Assembly (NCBI RefSeq): GCF_964204865.1
Contig: NC_135260.1
Location: forward strand, 11,780,001 to 11,844,000
DNA length: 64,000 bases
DNA from: Styela clava
Lineage: Eukaryota
Direction of reading: 5' to 3'
The notes under the pieces are model-generated. The model did no database searches. It saw nothing but the letters and a program-made list of their open reading frames with translations, and was not told the origin of the DNA. Below, in pieces: positions 36,950-48,318 of this stretch. Each line of letters opens with the position of its first letter. Position 1 is the stretch's first letter. A program made the translations under genes and the position numbers.

Positions 36950-38520
36950 AATGTGGCAACATTGATTACAAAATATAGAAATCAGGCACTTGTGAAATTT
37001 CAGGCACTTGGTCAAAACCTATTTTACAATGTATCTGATTACTCTAAAGCAGAAAATTAAATATATACACTTTGTATAGTTGAATTTACAACTTTTTGGT
37101 AAAATACAATACCGTTTGTGACTGATGGAGGCGTGTCATATTTCGCAAGTGCCTGATTTTTCATTTTTCTCGGTGATAGTTGCCATATTTTTTCGCAATT
37201 ATTTTCTTAAATTATTTGCGTCAGCACTTACTATTCTTTGCTTTCTAACGCAAATTCATTGTTCCACAACAATTTGAGCGTTTTTAATATTGCAATGAGT
37301 AATACCATTTGACAACATATGGTCAACCATTGTACTTTCTGGATTTATTTGAAATTGAATATGAATAATAAAATCTGGCAACCTCAAGCACAAAATACTA
37401 AAACCAGGCACTTGTGAAATTTCAGGCACTTCGTAAAAACCTATTTCTCGATGTTTTTACTTACTTTGAAGCAGAAAACTAAAATATACACTCTTTTGTA
37501 TGATTGAAATGACGTCTTTTTGGTAAAAAACAAGAACGATTGGGACTGGTCATGAGGGGTCAAATTTCGCAAGTGCCTGATTTTTCATTTTTTTCGATAA
37601 CAGTTGCCATATATTTTCGCAACAATTTTTCTAGATTATTTGCTTCAGCACTTACTATACTTTGCTTTCTAACGCAAATTCATTGTTCCACAACAATTTG
37701 AGCGTTTTTAATATTGCAATGAGCAATACCATTTGACAACATATGGTCAACCATCGTACTTTCTGTATTTATTTGAAATTGAATATGAATGATAAAATCT
37801 GGCAACCTCAAGCACAAAATACTAAAACCAGGCACTTGTGAAATTTCAGGCACTTCGTAAAAACCTATTTCTCGGTGTTTTTATACACTTTGAAGCAGAA
37901 AACTAAAATATACACTCTTTTTTATGATTGAAATGACGTCTTTTTGGTAAAAAACAAAAACGATTGGGACTGGTGATGAGGGGTCAAATTTTGCAAGTGC
38001 CTGATTTTTCATTATTTTCGATAACAGTTGCCATATATTTTCGCAGCAATTTTTCTAAATTATTTGAGTTAGAACTTCCTAATCATTTCTTTTTGAGTAG
38101 AATTCCTAGTTCTACAACAATTTCAGCGTTTTTACAATGAGCAATATTATTTGACAACATATACATAAACATCGTACTTTTTGGATTTATTTGAAATTGA
38201 ATAGGAATGATAAAATCTGGCAACAGCAAGCACAAAATACTAAAACCAGGCACTTGTGAAATTTCAGGCACTTTGTAAAAACCTATTTCTCGATGTTTAT
38301 ACTTACTTTGAAGCAGAAAACTAAAATATACACTCTTTTGTATGATTGAAATGACGTCTTTTTTGGTAAAAAAGAAAAACGATTGGGACTTGTGATGAGG
38401 GGTCAAATTTCGCAAGTGCCTGATTTTTCTTTTTTTTTCGATTACAGTTGCCATATATTTTGCAATATATTTCATAAAATCATTTTCGTCAGAACTTAGT
38501 ACTTACTATACTTTGCTTTC
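36950..38520 (+). repeat. ~420-bp tandem units (about 4) in the left foldback arm; mirrored at ~40530-42008
   Basis: Anchor TGTGAAATTTCAGGCACTT at 36991, 37413, 37837, 38255; reverse complement at ~40719, 41144, 41568, 41983. Confidence 0.92.
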
Positions 38521-38950
38521 TCGGTAAAATGTTTTTTAAGACAATCCGATGTATATTGAGTGCTATTCTTATCGCTAATTTCAATTCGACGTCTGCCCGA
38601 AGGTGGTGCAAGTATTTATATTTGAAGTGAGTACATACCTCTTCAAAACGCCCAGATGGAAGATTGAACAAGTCGGAGTCAACAAAAATTCAATTACATT
38701 TGGAACGTTGTCGCACTGCATCGTCGCCACTCATATACTCTGACATTCCGATGCATGGATTTTGCTTTCTGGAAAATAATAATTGGAGTGTCTGTTAAAG
38801 TGCGAAATGTATACGGGAGCACGTACAATATCAATGCTTCGTTTGCAAGCGTTGGTATCATGATACATGTGAGAAATTATCGAAAGCGAAATTGTGGAAG
38901 TGTAAAATTTGTATTCGGTAAGTCGGTGTTGCAAATGTGGGTATTTTCAG

Positions 38951-39067
38951 GGCGCTCCCGTAGTAGCCTATGTGCTCCAAGATGGCGCACAACCTATTAC
39001 CTCTATCTCGGTACACATACTATGTTCGGGTTGTGTGCCAACTTTGTGCACATACTACGGGAGCACC
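38951..39067. mobile_element. Merlin-like MITE nested in the foldback loop
   Basis: ATTTTCAG|GGCGCTCCCGTAGTA...TACTACGGGAGCACC|ATTTTCTG (7/8 TSD). Confidence 0.7.
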
Positions 39068-42008
39068 ATTTTCTGCACAACCTATTCTGATGCTCATTCG
39101 CGACATGAAGAAACTATACGCCCGACATATAAGAGTAGCAAACAATACACAAAACCTTTTCATGTTTAATTTCAGAACTGACATTTAAAATTTTCAATTC
39201 TTAGATCTGTGGTTTTACCTAATTGCAAGATACGTAAATCATATCATGTCAAAATAGAACAAATAGTAAGGATTTTCATTGGATACTCAATATTTCTAAT
39301 AATTTTCAAACTGAAAGCTTCGATTAGTGTTCACTCATACACTTCCTTTGTGAAGTTGTGTTTTTAATGTTTTATCTCCTTAATAAATTCAAATTTATAT
39401 CCCCAATTACTGATGAAGAAAGATCTATAATCGAGAGTTTAATACGGCTTCTGTGACATTAAAAACAATTACTGTTTTACGTTTTTATATATTTGTAACT
39501 TTTTGAATAACGCAAAAAAAATCGTTGACTGACTACTGGCGTGTTGAATATTGAAGGATTTTTATTGTAACATTCGTTTAACGATGCTTTTAAGCCTAAC
39601 TTTGGGCATATCAGCTACCTGATGTCATTCGCCGAGCGAATTTTGTTTAGGTGACATTGCCATCTCGTATTTACCATCCTGTAGCCATTCTTCTTATTTA
39701 GGAACTACGTGTTTTACAGTTATCTGTTACAGCATGAAATAATGTACAAATAATTCTACGTAAACTATCCATGAAATTCATTCCATAAACTATCCATGAA
39801 AAGATATTACAGTCAGATCTTCAGGTTGTAAAGAATATTATACAACAGCAACGTCAAGTGATTGAATATCTTTATTGTAGCCGTGGTTGAACACCGCTGG
39901 TTGTCAATATAGATTTTGCATAGGCTTTTATACATTTTGTGAACGGTAAATTATGTTCTATTAGGGGATAATGTGACTTGGATACGTATTATAAAAAATT
40001 CTATACGACATAAGTCAATTGTTTCTGTTATGTAGTTTATATGAAGTCATAGGCCGAATTACATTATTAAAATCGTCGTCCGATAACAATTAAAACTGGA
40101 ATTTCGAACTAATATTGCCAGAAGACAAATTAGGTTCTTTATAACAATGCGATTGTTGCTACCTGGGTAATATATTACGTCGAAATGTTTATAACAAATT
40201 AGAAGAAGTTTTGAACCAATTTCAAGGGTTCCGAACATTACTATAAAGATGTCGTCTGAATAACTAATATTCTTTACAGATCTGTCCAATTTAAACCCGT
40301 ATTTAAATAATACATATGTAATACTTTTGAATTAATAAAAATAAACAACACAATGTCATTCAAACTTTACAATATTCAAATAGTGATTGGTTTAATTAAA
40401 TACCAATTTCCGGAGTAGATACTGATGTTAAAAGTTTAATTCCATTTATGCTAAGTGGAGCTCTCATACAAACATTGACTTTTATAAAATAATGCAATAG
40501 GGAAACAACATATAAAAAAAAGAAAAAAATTATAGAGATATGGCAACTACCATTGACAAAACCAAAAAATCAGGCACTTGCTAAATTTGCCACATTCCTA
40601 CCAGTGACAGTTCTTCTTGTTTTGAACAATAAAAATACCAAATTCAGTCATACAAAATATGTATATTTGGATTTTCGGCTTTAAAGTAATCAAAAACATC
40701 GGGAAATGGTTTTTTACAAAGTGCCTGAAATTTCACAAGTGCCTGATTTTAGTATTTTGTGCTTGCGGTTGCCAGATTTTATCATTCCTATTCAATTTCA
40801 AATAAATCCAAAAGGTACGATGGTTATCTATATGTTGTCAAATGATATTGCTCATTGCATTATTAAAAACGCTGAAATTGTTGTAGAACTAGGAATTTCC
40901 TTTAAAAAGCAATGATTAGTAAGTTCTGACGAAAAAGATTTTATGAAAAGTATTGCAAAAATATATGGCAACTGTAATCAAAAAAAATGAAAAATCAGGC
41001 ACTTGCGAAATTTGACCCCTCATGACCAGTCCCAATCGTTCTTGTTTTTTACCAAAAAGACGTCATTTCAATCATACAAAAGAGTGTATATTTTAGTTTT
41101 CTGCTTCAAAGTAAGTAAAAACATCGAGAAATAGGTTTTTACGAAGTGCCTGAAATTTCACAAGTGCTTGGTTTTAGTATTTTGTGCTTGAGGTTGCCAG
41201 ATTTTATTATTCATATTCAATTTCAAATAAATCCAGAAAGTACGATGGTTGACCATATGTTGTCAAACGGTATTGCTCATTGCAATATTAAAAACGCTCA
41301 AATTGTTGTGGAACAATGAATTTGCGTTAGAAAGCAAAGTATAGTAAGTGCTGACGCAAATAATCTAGAAAAATTGTTGCGAAAATATATGGCAACTGTT
41401 ATCGAAAAAAATGAAAAATCAGGCACTTGCGAAATTTGACCCCTCATCACCAGTCCCAATCGTTCTTGTTTTTTACCAAAAAGACGTCATTTCAATCATA
41501 CAAAAGAGTGTATATTTTAGTTTTCTGCTTCAAAGTAAGTAAAAACATCGAGAAATAGGTTTTTACGAAGTGCCTGAAATTTCACAAGTGCCTGGTTTTA
41601 GTATTTTGTGCTTGAGGTTGCCAGATTTTATTATTCATATTCAATTTCAAATAAATCCAGAAAGTACGATGGTTGACCATATGTTGTCAAATAGTATTGT
41701 TCATTGCAATATTAAAAACGCTCAAATTGTTGTGGAACAATGAATTTGCGTTAGAAAGCAAAGAATAGTAAGTGCTGACGCAAATAATTCAAAAAATAAT
41801 TGCGAAAAAATATGGCAACTGTCACCGAGAAAAATCAGGCACTTGCGAAATATGACACGTCTCCATCAGTCACAAACGGTATTGTATTTTACCAAAATGT
41901 TGTAAATTCAACCATACAAAGTGTATATATTTAATTTTCTGTTTTAGAGTAATCAGATACATTGTAAAATAGGTTTTGACCAAGTGCCTGAAATTTCACA
42001 AGTGCCTG

Positions 42009-43122
42009 GGGCCCCATTCACAAAGCTTCGTTACCGCTTAACGTGTTAGTTAAGCACCGACTTTCTCGTGAAAAGCAAAAATGGTATTCACAGAGCTTCG
42101 TAAATATTCGAGAGAAATTATTCGAGAGAGTTTTTTTGGCGCCAAATGAGACGTCTCGTAAAGTGCCTTCTTCTCACATTTTATCGGGAATCGGTATTCA
42201 CGAAAGTTCTTTAACCGCTGAAGAGCTCGCTAGCTAACGAGAACAATCTTCGCCTCGTTAACAGTTCGGATTGCTCTCAGCAGTGATTCAAATTAAAATA
42301 GGCTCGTTGGGACGTTAGCATACTTTGTAAAAATTGGCATAGTATCAAGGGGCCTTACTCAGGTAAGCGTGTATGTAGTCTAGTGCCGTTAACTTAGCTG
42401 TGGAATATCTGCCGCATTTACAGATTAAACTAGGGTTGAGATTCAGAGATTGTTCAGTTGTTGAAGTCATTGTTTTTTGTTTATTCTAGCACTGGCCTAC
42501 AGTATTATGAACACAGATTCACAAATGGCTACCTATATTGAAGCTTGCAGAAGAAAAGTCCAACAATCTCTCCATGTCGTATCCGAAAGAAAAAAATTAG
42601 CTAGATGCAAATGAAAGGACCTTAATAGAGGACTATAGACTCAATGAAAAATTAAAAATATGGAATCTTAACAAGCTTTGGCAACTCACTGATTTTATTG
42701 TCTGTTACACAAATAGTTCACAATATGTAATTTGTTTTGTGGCAATAAATCTCTCTCTGTGTAACTTCAGCATTTATTCCATGTAGCCTATCCGTCAGTC
42801 TATAGATTACGCCACTGCTATATGAACAAAATTTCAAAACGCAGGCTGCAAAGGTGAAGCAGAGAAAGCCGATAGGTTACCGCGAAGGCGAAAGACGCTC
42901 GACCGTAAGCGGCGACAACTGATACGGCTGAGTGATCAGTCAGTGCATTTTGTTCAACTGCGACCGTGCGTAAGATTTCGAGAGAATGCTAGTGACCGTG
43001 CGTCAAGTGCTTACGAGGTCTTTGGTGAATCGCATTTAACGAGATTTCGCTATCACGATTCTGAGAGACACAGTTACGAGATCGTAAACCCGGCTTTTTA
43101 CGAAGTTTAGCGAATGGCGCCC
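42009..43122. mobile_element. PIF/Harbinger-like non-autonomous element (3-bp TSD CTG) nested in the right foldback arm
   Basis: CTG|GGGCCCCATTCACAAAGCTTCG...CGAAGTTTAGCGAATGGCGCCC|CTG. Removing it restores CAAGTGCCTGATTTC, the reverse complement of the left arm. Confidence 0.85.
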
Positions 43123-43402
43123 CTGATTTCTATATTTTGTAATCAATGTTGCCACATTTTACTATTGAAAAATAATTTATACCCTAATAAATTGGAAATA
43201 ATATTGTTTTATTGCAATATAGGGATGCAAAAAATTATTTAAAGTCTAATTATCTTGTCAGGTAAATTGGAAATCCCAATGACGTACGGTAAAAATAAAA
43301 AATATCAAAGTGCCTGAAATGGTGCCTGAAAAAGTGCCTGAATTCGCAAGTGCCTGGTTTTAGGGAGACCCTGCGAGATGCCAAAGCCTGAAACCGGCTT
43401 TC

Positions 43403-43752
43403 AGGATAGGATAGGATAGGATTTACATATTTATCCCGGGGGAGAGGAAAGCCGATAAGACGGCTTATCCATATGGCGAACCACGGCCTCTCGTCCGGTT
43501 ACCATTCCAAGTCGGGTATGGGATTAGTTTTACTGTATTGTTTGTTTTCGGAAGCATGGACTTGGTGGTGGAGGAAGCCGTAACCGACCAGCGGTTACGT
43601 GAACCACCCAACGACGGCGAGGAGTCCAGCAATCCTCTCGCACATAACCATCCCTGCATGGGATTCGAACCTGCGAACCCACGCAGAGTAGTTAGAGGTG
43701 CGGTGGCGAGCGTATTCCTAACGCTTAGCCCGTTGAGCCACACCGCCGCGCC
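43403..43752 (-). mobile_element. tRNA-derived SINE, full length (~350 bp)
   Basis: Minus strand starts GGCGCGGCGGTG, A box TGGCTCAACGGG, B box GGTTCGAATCC; 3' (ATCCT)n tail. Related copies at ~55710-55915 and ~63800-63962. Confidence 0.85.
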
Positions 43753-45289
43753 GAAGGGTCCGAAGACGTCCTCGGGAAAGCCGTAACACCGAATTTTATG
43801 GTTCAAAGAGTTAAGTCACCCTAAACAGTTACAAACTACCGTACTAAATTGCACATATCCATATCTAAATCAGCACCAGAACTTTTGAGAATCCGGCAGT
43901 TGATGGTTCGCAATCGCCACAATTGCCGGGAAAATCAATCAAACTCAACTGAGCAATAATAAATTTATCCACCGTTGCCAGATATGCAGGTAAACAAGTA
44001 TGAAATTCCACGCGGGGTCTCATGAAGGGAAAATTGAAATATAAGCCAAATATCACACCTGTTAACTTTCATGAATATAAAAGATAGGCATAAACAAACC
44101 AAAACTGATTTGCACATGTAGGTACCTATTTCTGTATTTTAAACTGAACAAGAATTCATAAGCAAATTAAAAATATATCGTACCGGCAGTCTATGAAATA
44201 ATTATCCAAGTTCAGAATATCTTCCAATATGATCTGATGTCAAGTTTTTTCTAAATTTTCGCTTCAAGTTATACTATTTTATTTATTAATTAACAATCTT
44301 AACACAACCAAATACTCCAAACAAAACGACGTGCATACAATGGACCTTTGACCCTCAAAAATATTTTTTCTATACTTTACCATTGCAAAATTTTTGGAGC
44401 TATTTTAAGTGCTTTTGCGATTTGGCGCCAGTAAAATGGAATATGTGTTTCAAACCATCATTATGATTCATCGCATACAACAATCTTTTTTTTTAAAGTA
44501 CAAGTAAAGATTTTTAGCCTAGTCTATCACAGCTATTTATACACTAATTTTTTATTACTGCAATTAAATTAAAACTCATAGGATGACAGAGTGATCACTG
44601 AATTATCTGATTTATATTTAAGTTTCCGAAACACGACTGAAAACTAACGAATAGAGTTCAAAAACTCGAAAACGAGGTAATGTTTACGACCACGCTTGAG
44701 AATCTGTCTGAGTGAGAAAAGTGTCTGAGCGGATGCTAAAAGGGAGCATTGTTACGTCATTTTTTGCATCTTGCTGATTGGCCAATGTCACGAAGTAAAC
44801 AAGGAAGTTGATGTTCGGAGAAAGGTTCATAAAGCGACAAGTACCAGGCAGCACAGTGTGAGAAAACAGAATATACACAATAAAAACACTTTGAACAGTA
44901 CTGATGAAAACTAATTCCCTGGCAACAACCAAAAACACAACGCTAAAATAACTGCAATGGCACTGTACTGAAACAATAATATCAGCCTACGGTCCAGCAT
45001 AAAACATCCAACAAATCCCCATTTCGCAGTCACAAACCACAAACAAACATCCCTGATAACCCACCGGGAACCAGAGGCACTCCCACAGACACTGGAACAG
45101 AACCGACAGTGTCACAGCGCCCCCAATGTCCCAACGCCAAAATACCAAATAAGGCAATAATATCACATGACAGCATTTAACAGATAAAACAAGGGTCGTC
45201 ACAAAAACATTTAACCACCGAGACACATTGCCTCGTTTTTGATGTCTAAATTCAACAGTCAAAACTGATTTGACGAATTATCTACCATG

Positions 45290-45600
45290 AAATTGAATGT
45301 ATAAAACCGTAAATATATACTACTACGATAAAACCCATGTCTAAAATGTATAAAACTTTTACTGCTCAATGGCAAGGAAATTGAAAGACTGAGTGAAATA
45401 AAATTCTTAAAAGATATCTTTGATGAAAATCTCTCTTGGAGATCATAAATTGCGCATGTCATCAGTAAACATTGAAACTTGGCAGTTGTAGCCAGGGCAT
45501 CCCAGCGTGTTAGCCAATCATCTTTATTGTCAATGTTTCAATCATTATCACTCAGCTACATCCGATACAGTTGCTCAGAATGGCTCCATGGGTAAAAATT
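45290..45600 (+). mobile_element. Decayed CR1/L2-type LINE reverse-transcriptase C-terminal fragment
   Basis: Frame reads LLLNGKEIERLSEIKFLKDIFDENLSWRS*IAHVISK, matching the NG..IE.V...KFLG..ID..L.W..HI..V..K pattern. Confidence 0.7.
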
Positions 45601-46388
45601 GCAAAGTATTTGTAGTCATTTTTCAAGAATTGTTTTTCGAAAAAGAAGACGTGAAAACTTACGCCATTACTCAAAATTTGAAATATTATCATTCGATTTT
45701 GACTTTTACAGTCATGCGCAACCAAACTGATTTGACGACATAATTGTAAAAAATAACGACGAAAAACCGAAGCCGTTACCGAACCGAACCGAAACGAAGA
45801 AGTAATTCCGATTTGTTCCTACCCTTCATGAGTAAATCAGTGAGTCGGCATGCCTTATGTTATACTGGACTCAAACTATGGAATTTTCTTCCCATAAATT
45901 ATTATTTCACAATCACACTGGTATAATTTAATTTGCTGTGGTGTTCTATGCTTTGTGTGAACTGAAATTTTGCGTATGGTTAGGGTTTTGCTGTAAAGTT
46001 TACATAATGGCCAACATGTGGATCGTTCCTAAGCTTTGACCGCAATTGAGTGTGTCTTTGCATGGTTTGTAAACACCAGTTTAATTATAATAATTCATAC
46101 TGATTGATAATATTTTGTATAATCTTGACTCTGATTTGGCTAGTTTTGGCTTTGGTAAGTGCTGAAGTGGTCTATCCCACCTCTTCGTGCATACAACTTG
46201 ACAATTCCAATTGGGCAATTTGGCATTACGAGACTCCAACCATAATCAGCTTGGCGATATCTGGAACCTTATATCCATCCGTATTTCTACCTTATACAGC
46301 AGGTTATATTGCACGGAAAGCGCTCGTGTATTTATTTACAGATATCTGACTGTATTTTAAGGCAAGCTCAATGATACCACAAGAATTG

Positions 46389-46533
46389 GGCGCTCCCAGT
46401 ATGTGGACCAAGATGGCGGACACATGAACGTAGTATATAGACCAAGTTGGGACATAAGTTTATTCTAATTTTTCTTATTTTCGTTCTATTACGACCCTAT
46501 CCGCCCTCTTGGTTCACATACTATACGGGTACC
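46389..46533. mobile_element. Merlin-like MITE
   Basis: AAGAATTG|GGCGCTCCC...CAAGATGGCGGA...GGGTACC|AAAAATTG (7/8 TSD). Confidence 0.65.
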
Positions 46534-48318
46534 AAAAATTGTTTGAAGCCCAGTTCCCGCAGCAACCCACTGGGTGCCAGACTAACAGGGCACTATGAAT
46601 CAAATTAAGACAAATCATATATGTATTGGTATATATATTGTATTGTATAGGACTAGGTATATATATATGTATTGTATATATACGTATTGATAAAAAGGTT
46701 ATAGTATACTCTATAACAACGCGTAAGTCGTTGTGGCATTTTTCCTTGCAATTTTTAATTCCAGACTGCTAAAATAACGAAGAATTAAATTTAGTGAATT
46801 CTCCAGAAATAGCGTATCAATTTTGACTTTGATCTGCCGAAACGTTCCTTAATTAGTGAATGGCTGACTCGTTGCATATATTGATTAGTTTGATTTTTCG
46901 GTAAAACCAAGAAATCCAAAAGTAATTAGCATAGCAAGTTATATTTAATCGATGCAAAAGGTTTAAAGTATTATTTGAGTGAATTGAGTTGCAAGTCTTT
47001 TGGCTAGAGGCAACAAATGCTAAAGACTTTTATATTGAACATTCTAAAGTGAACAAGGATTGTTTGCGCGAGATATATGCCAATCGACGAAAAAGGATCA
47101 GTATGTTTTTTATAGTTTTTTGTTTTCAATTTTAGTCACTTTCGTTATTCGAGAAATACAAATTGTACGCCCTCGATATTCATTCTATTTGAAATTAAGA
47201 AATAACGTAATCGATTATATTCGGTAATCTACATTACGCAGTTAAGATTATGCGGTAGTACACTTACAATTTTGTGCCAAAGGCACCCTAAAGTTTTATG
47301 ACGGCTTATATCACTAAATTTTATCACCGTGACGCATAAAAACGATACCCACGAACTATAGTTTTACTATCGTAAGAGTGCCGAAAGATTTTAATTAAGT
47401 TGCTTTATAATACAATAGCTATAAGGAGACTGCCAAAAAAACGTAAATCGTAATATCAAATATCAATTTGATTAAAAGTAAGGCATGGTTTCTGAGCTTC
47501 CAAGTTCGCTTGTTGTTAGTACTGATGGTCTTCTTACTTGTTTATATGAATGCGGTGTAAATTTTGTGATCGATTATTCGCAATAATGTATTTCAAATGT
47601 GTTTAAAACAGTCCCAAGAATGAATTAATGCCAATCAAACAAGTAAAAAAGACCATTCTGCGTCACTAATTGAATATTGGAAATAGATTATACAGCTACA
47701 TCATTCACTAAAGTGTGTTTATAATATTCATGTCAATAACTTGGGTGGTGTCTGATTTCATAAAAAAGGAAGCATGGAAAACCTGTAACAATCTGTTAAC
47801 CGCGTGAAAAATTTGAAAATAAACGTGAATTTTCTTTTTCGAAATTAAAAATTGATCATAGTTCAAAATGTTGCAAGGCTTGAAGCATAATGTATAAGGC
47901 AATTCGTCTGCGCTTTTTCACGTAATTTTTGCACAGCATTCCAAGAATTTCAATTCCCGTTTAAATATCAATTACGTAAATAATCGATACATGTTCGGCT
48001 TCAGTTCAACTAAAGTTTGATATCGTATTAAATCATTTGTGTAGAAATCTGTTGCTTTTCGTGTGTTTTTTTAATATATTTTGTATGATGTCTCATGCCC
48101 GCGGCGCTAAATTAGTCATTTTTAATTGAATTATTATCGTTGCAACACCTGTGGTGCATTCCCCATATCATGCAGAAGTTTCGCGTGCAATTTTGAGTAC
48201 ATTTATTTAGATGTAGGAAAGTTAGGACACACCCTTTGAGAGTCCCTGAAATTTACATTCAATATTTAGTTGTTTTTACAGTTTTAGTGAAAAAGTGTGG
48301 CACGCCTTATTTCAAATC

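Larger units (their letters stand above)
36736..43371. mobile_element. Foldback/Mutator-like element, 6.6 kb, ~1.7 kb modular inverted arms, perfect 9-bp TSD TGCGAGATG
   Basis: TGCGAGATG|GGGTCTCCCTAAAACCAGGCACT...AGTGCCTGGTTTTAGGGAGACCC|TGCGAGATG. Left arm ~36736-38520; right arm ~40530-43371 (interrupted). Confidence 0.92.

Noticed and set aside
38083-40915. ORFs 38083-38475 and 40706-40915 sharing FYKVPEISQVP
   Set aside because: Translations of the inverted repeat arms, not genes. The same applies to 12324-12575 and 15027-15233 in the Academ TIRs.
43650-43752. tRNA gene
   Set aside because: A/B boxes are present but there is no canonical cloverleaf. It continues into a SINE body and repeat tail and has dispersed degenerate copies.
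46104-46349. 81-aa ORF with hydrophobic N-terminus as a secreted peptide
   Set aside because: Begins at TTG rather than ATG, with no supporting splice structure or homology.
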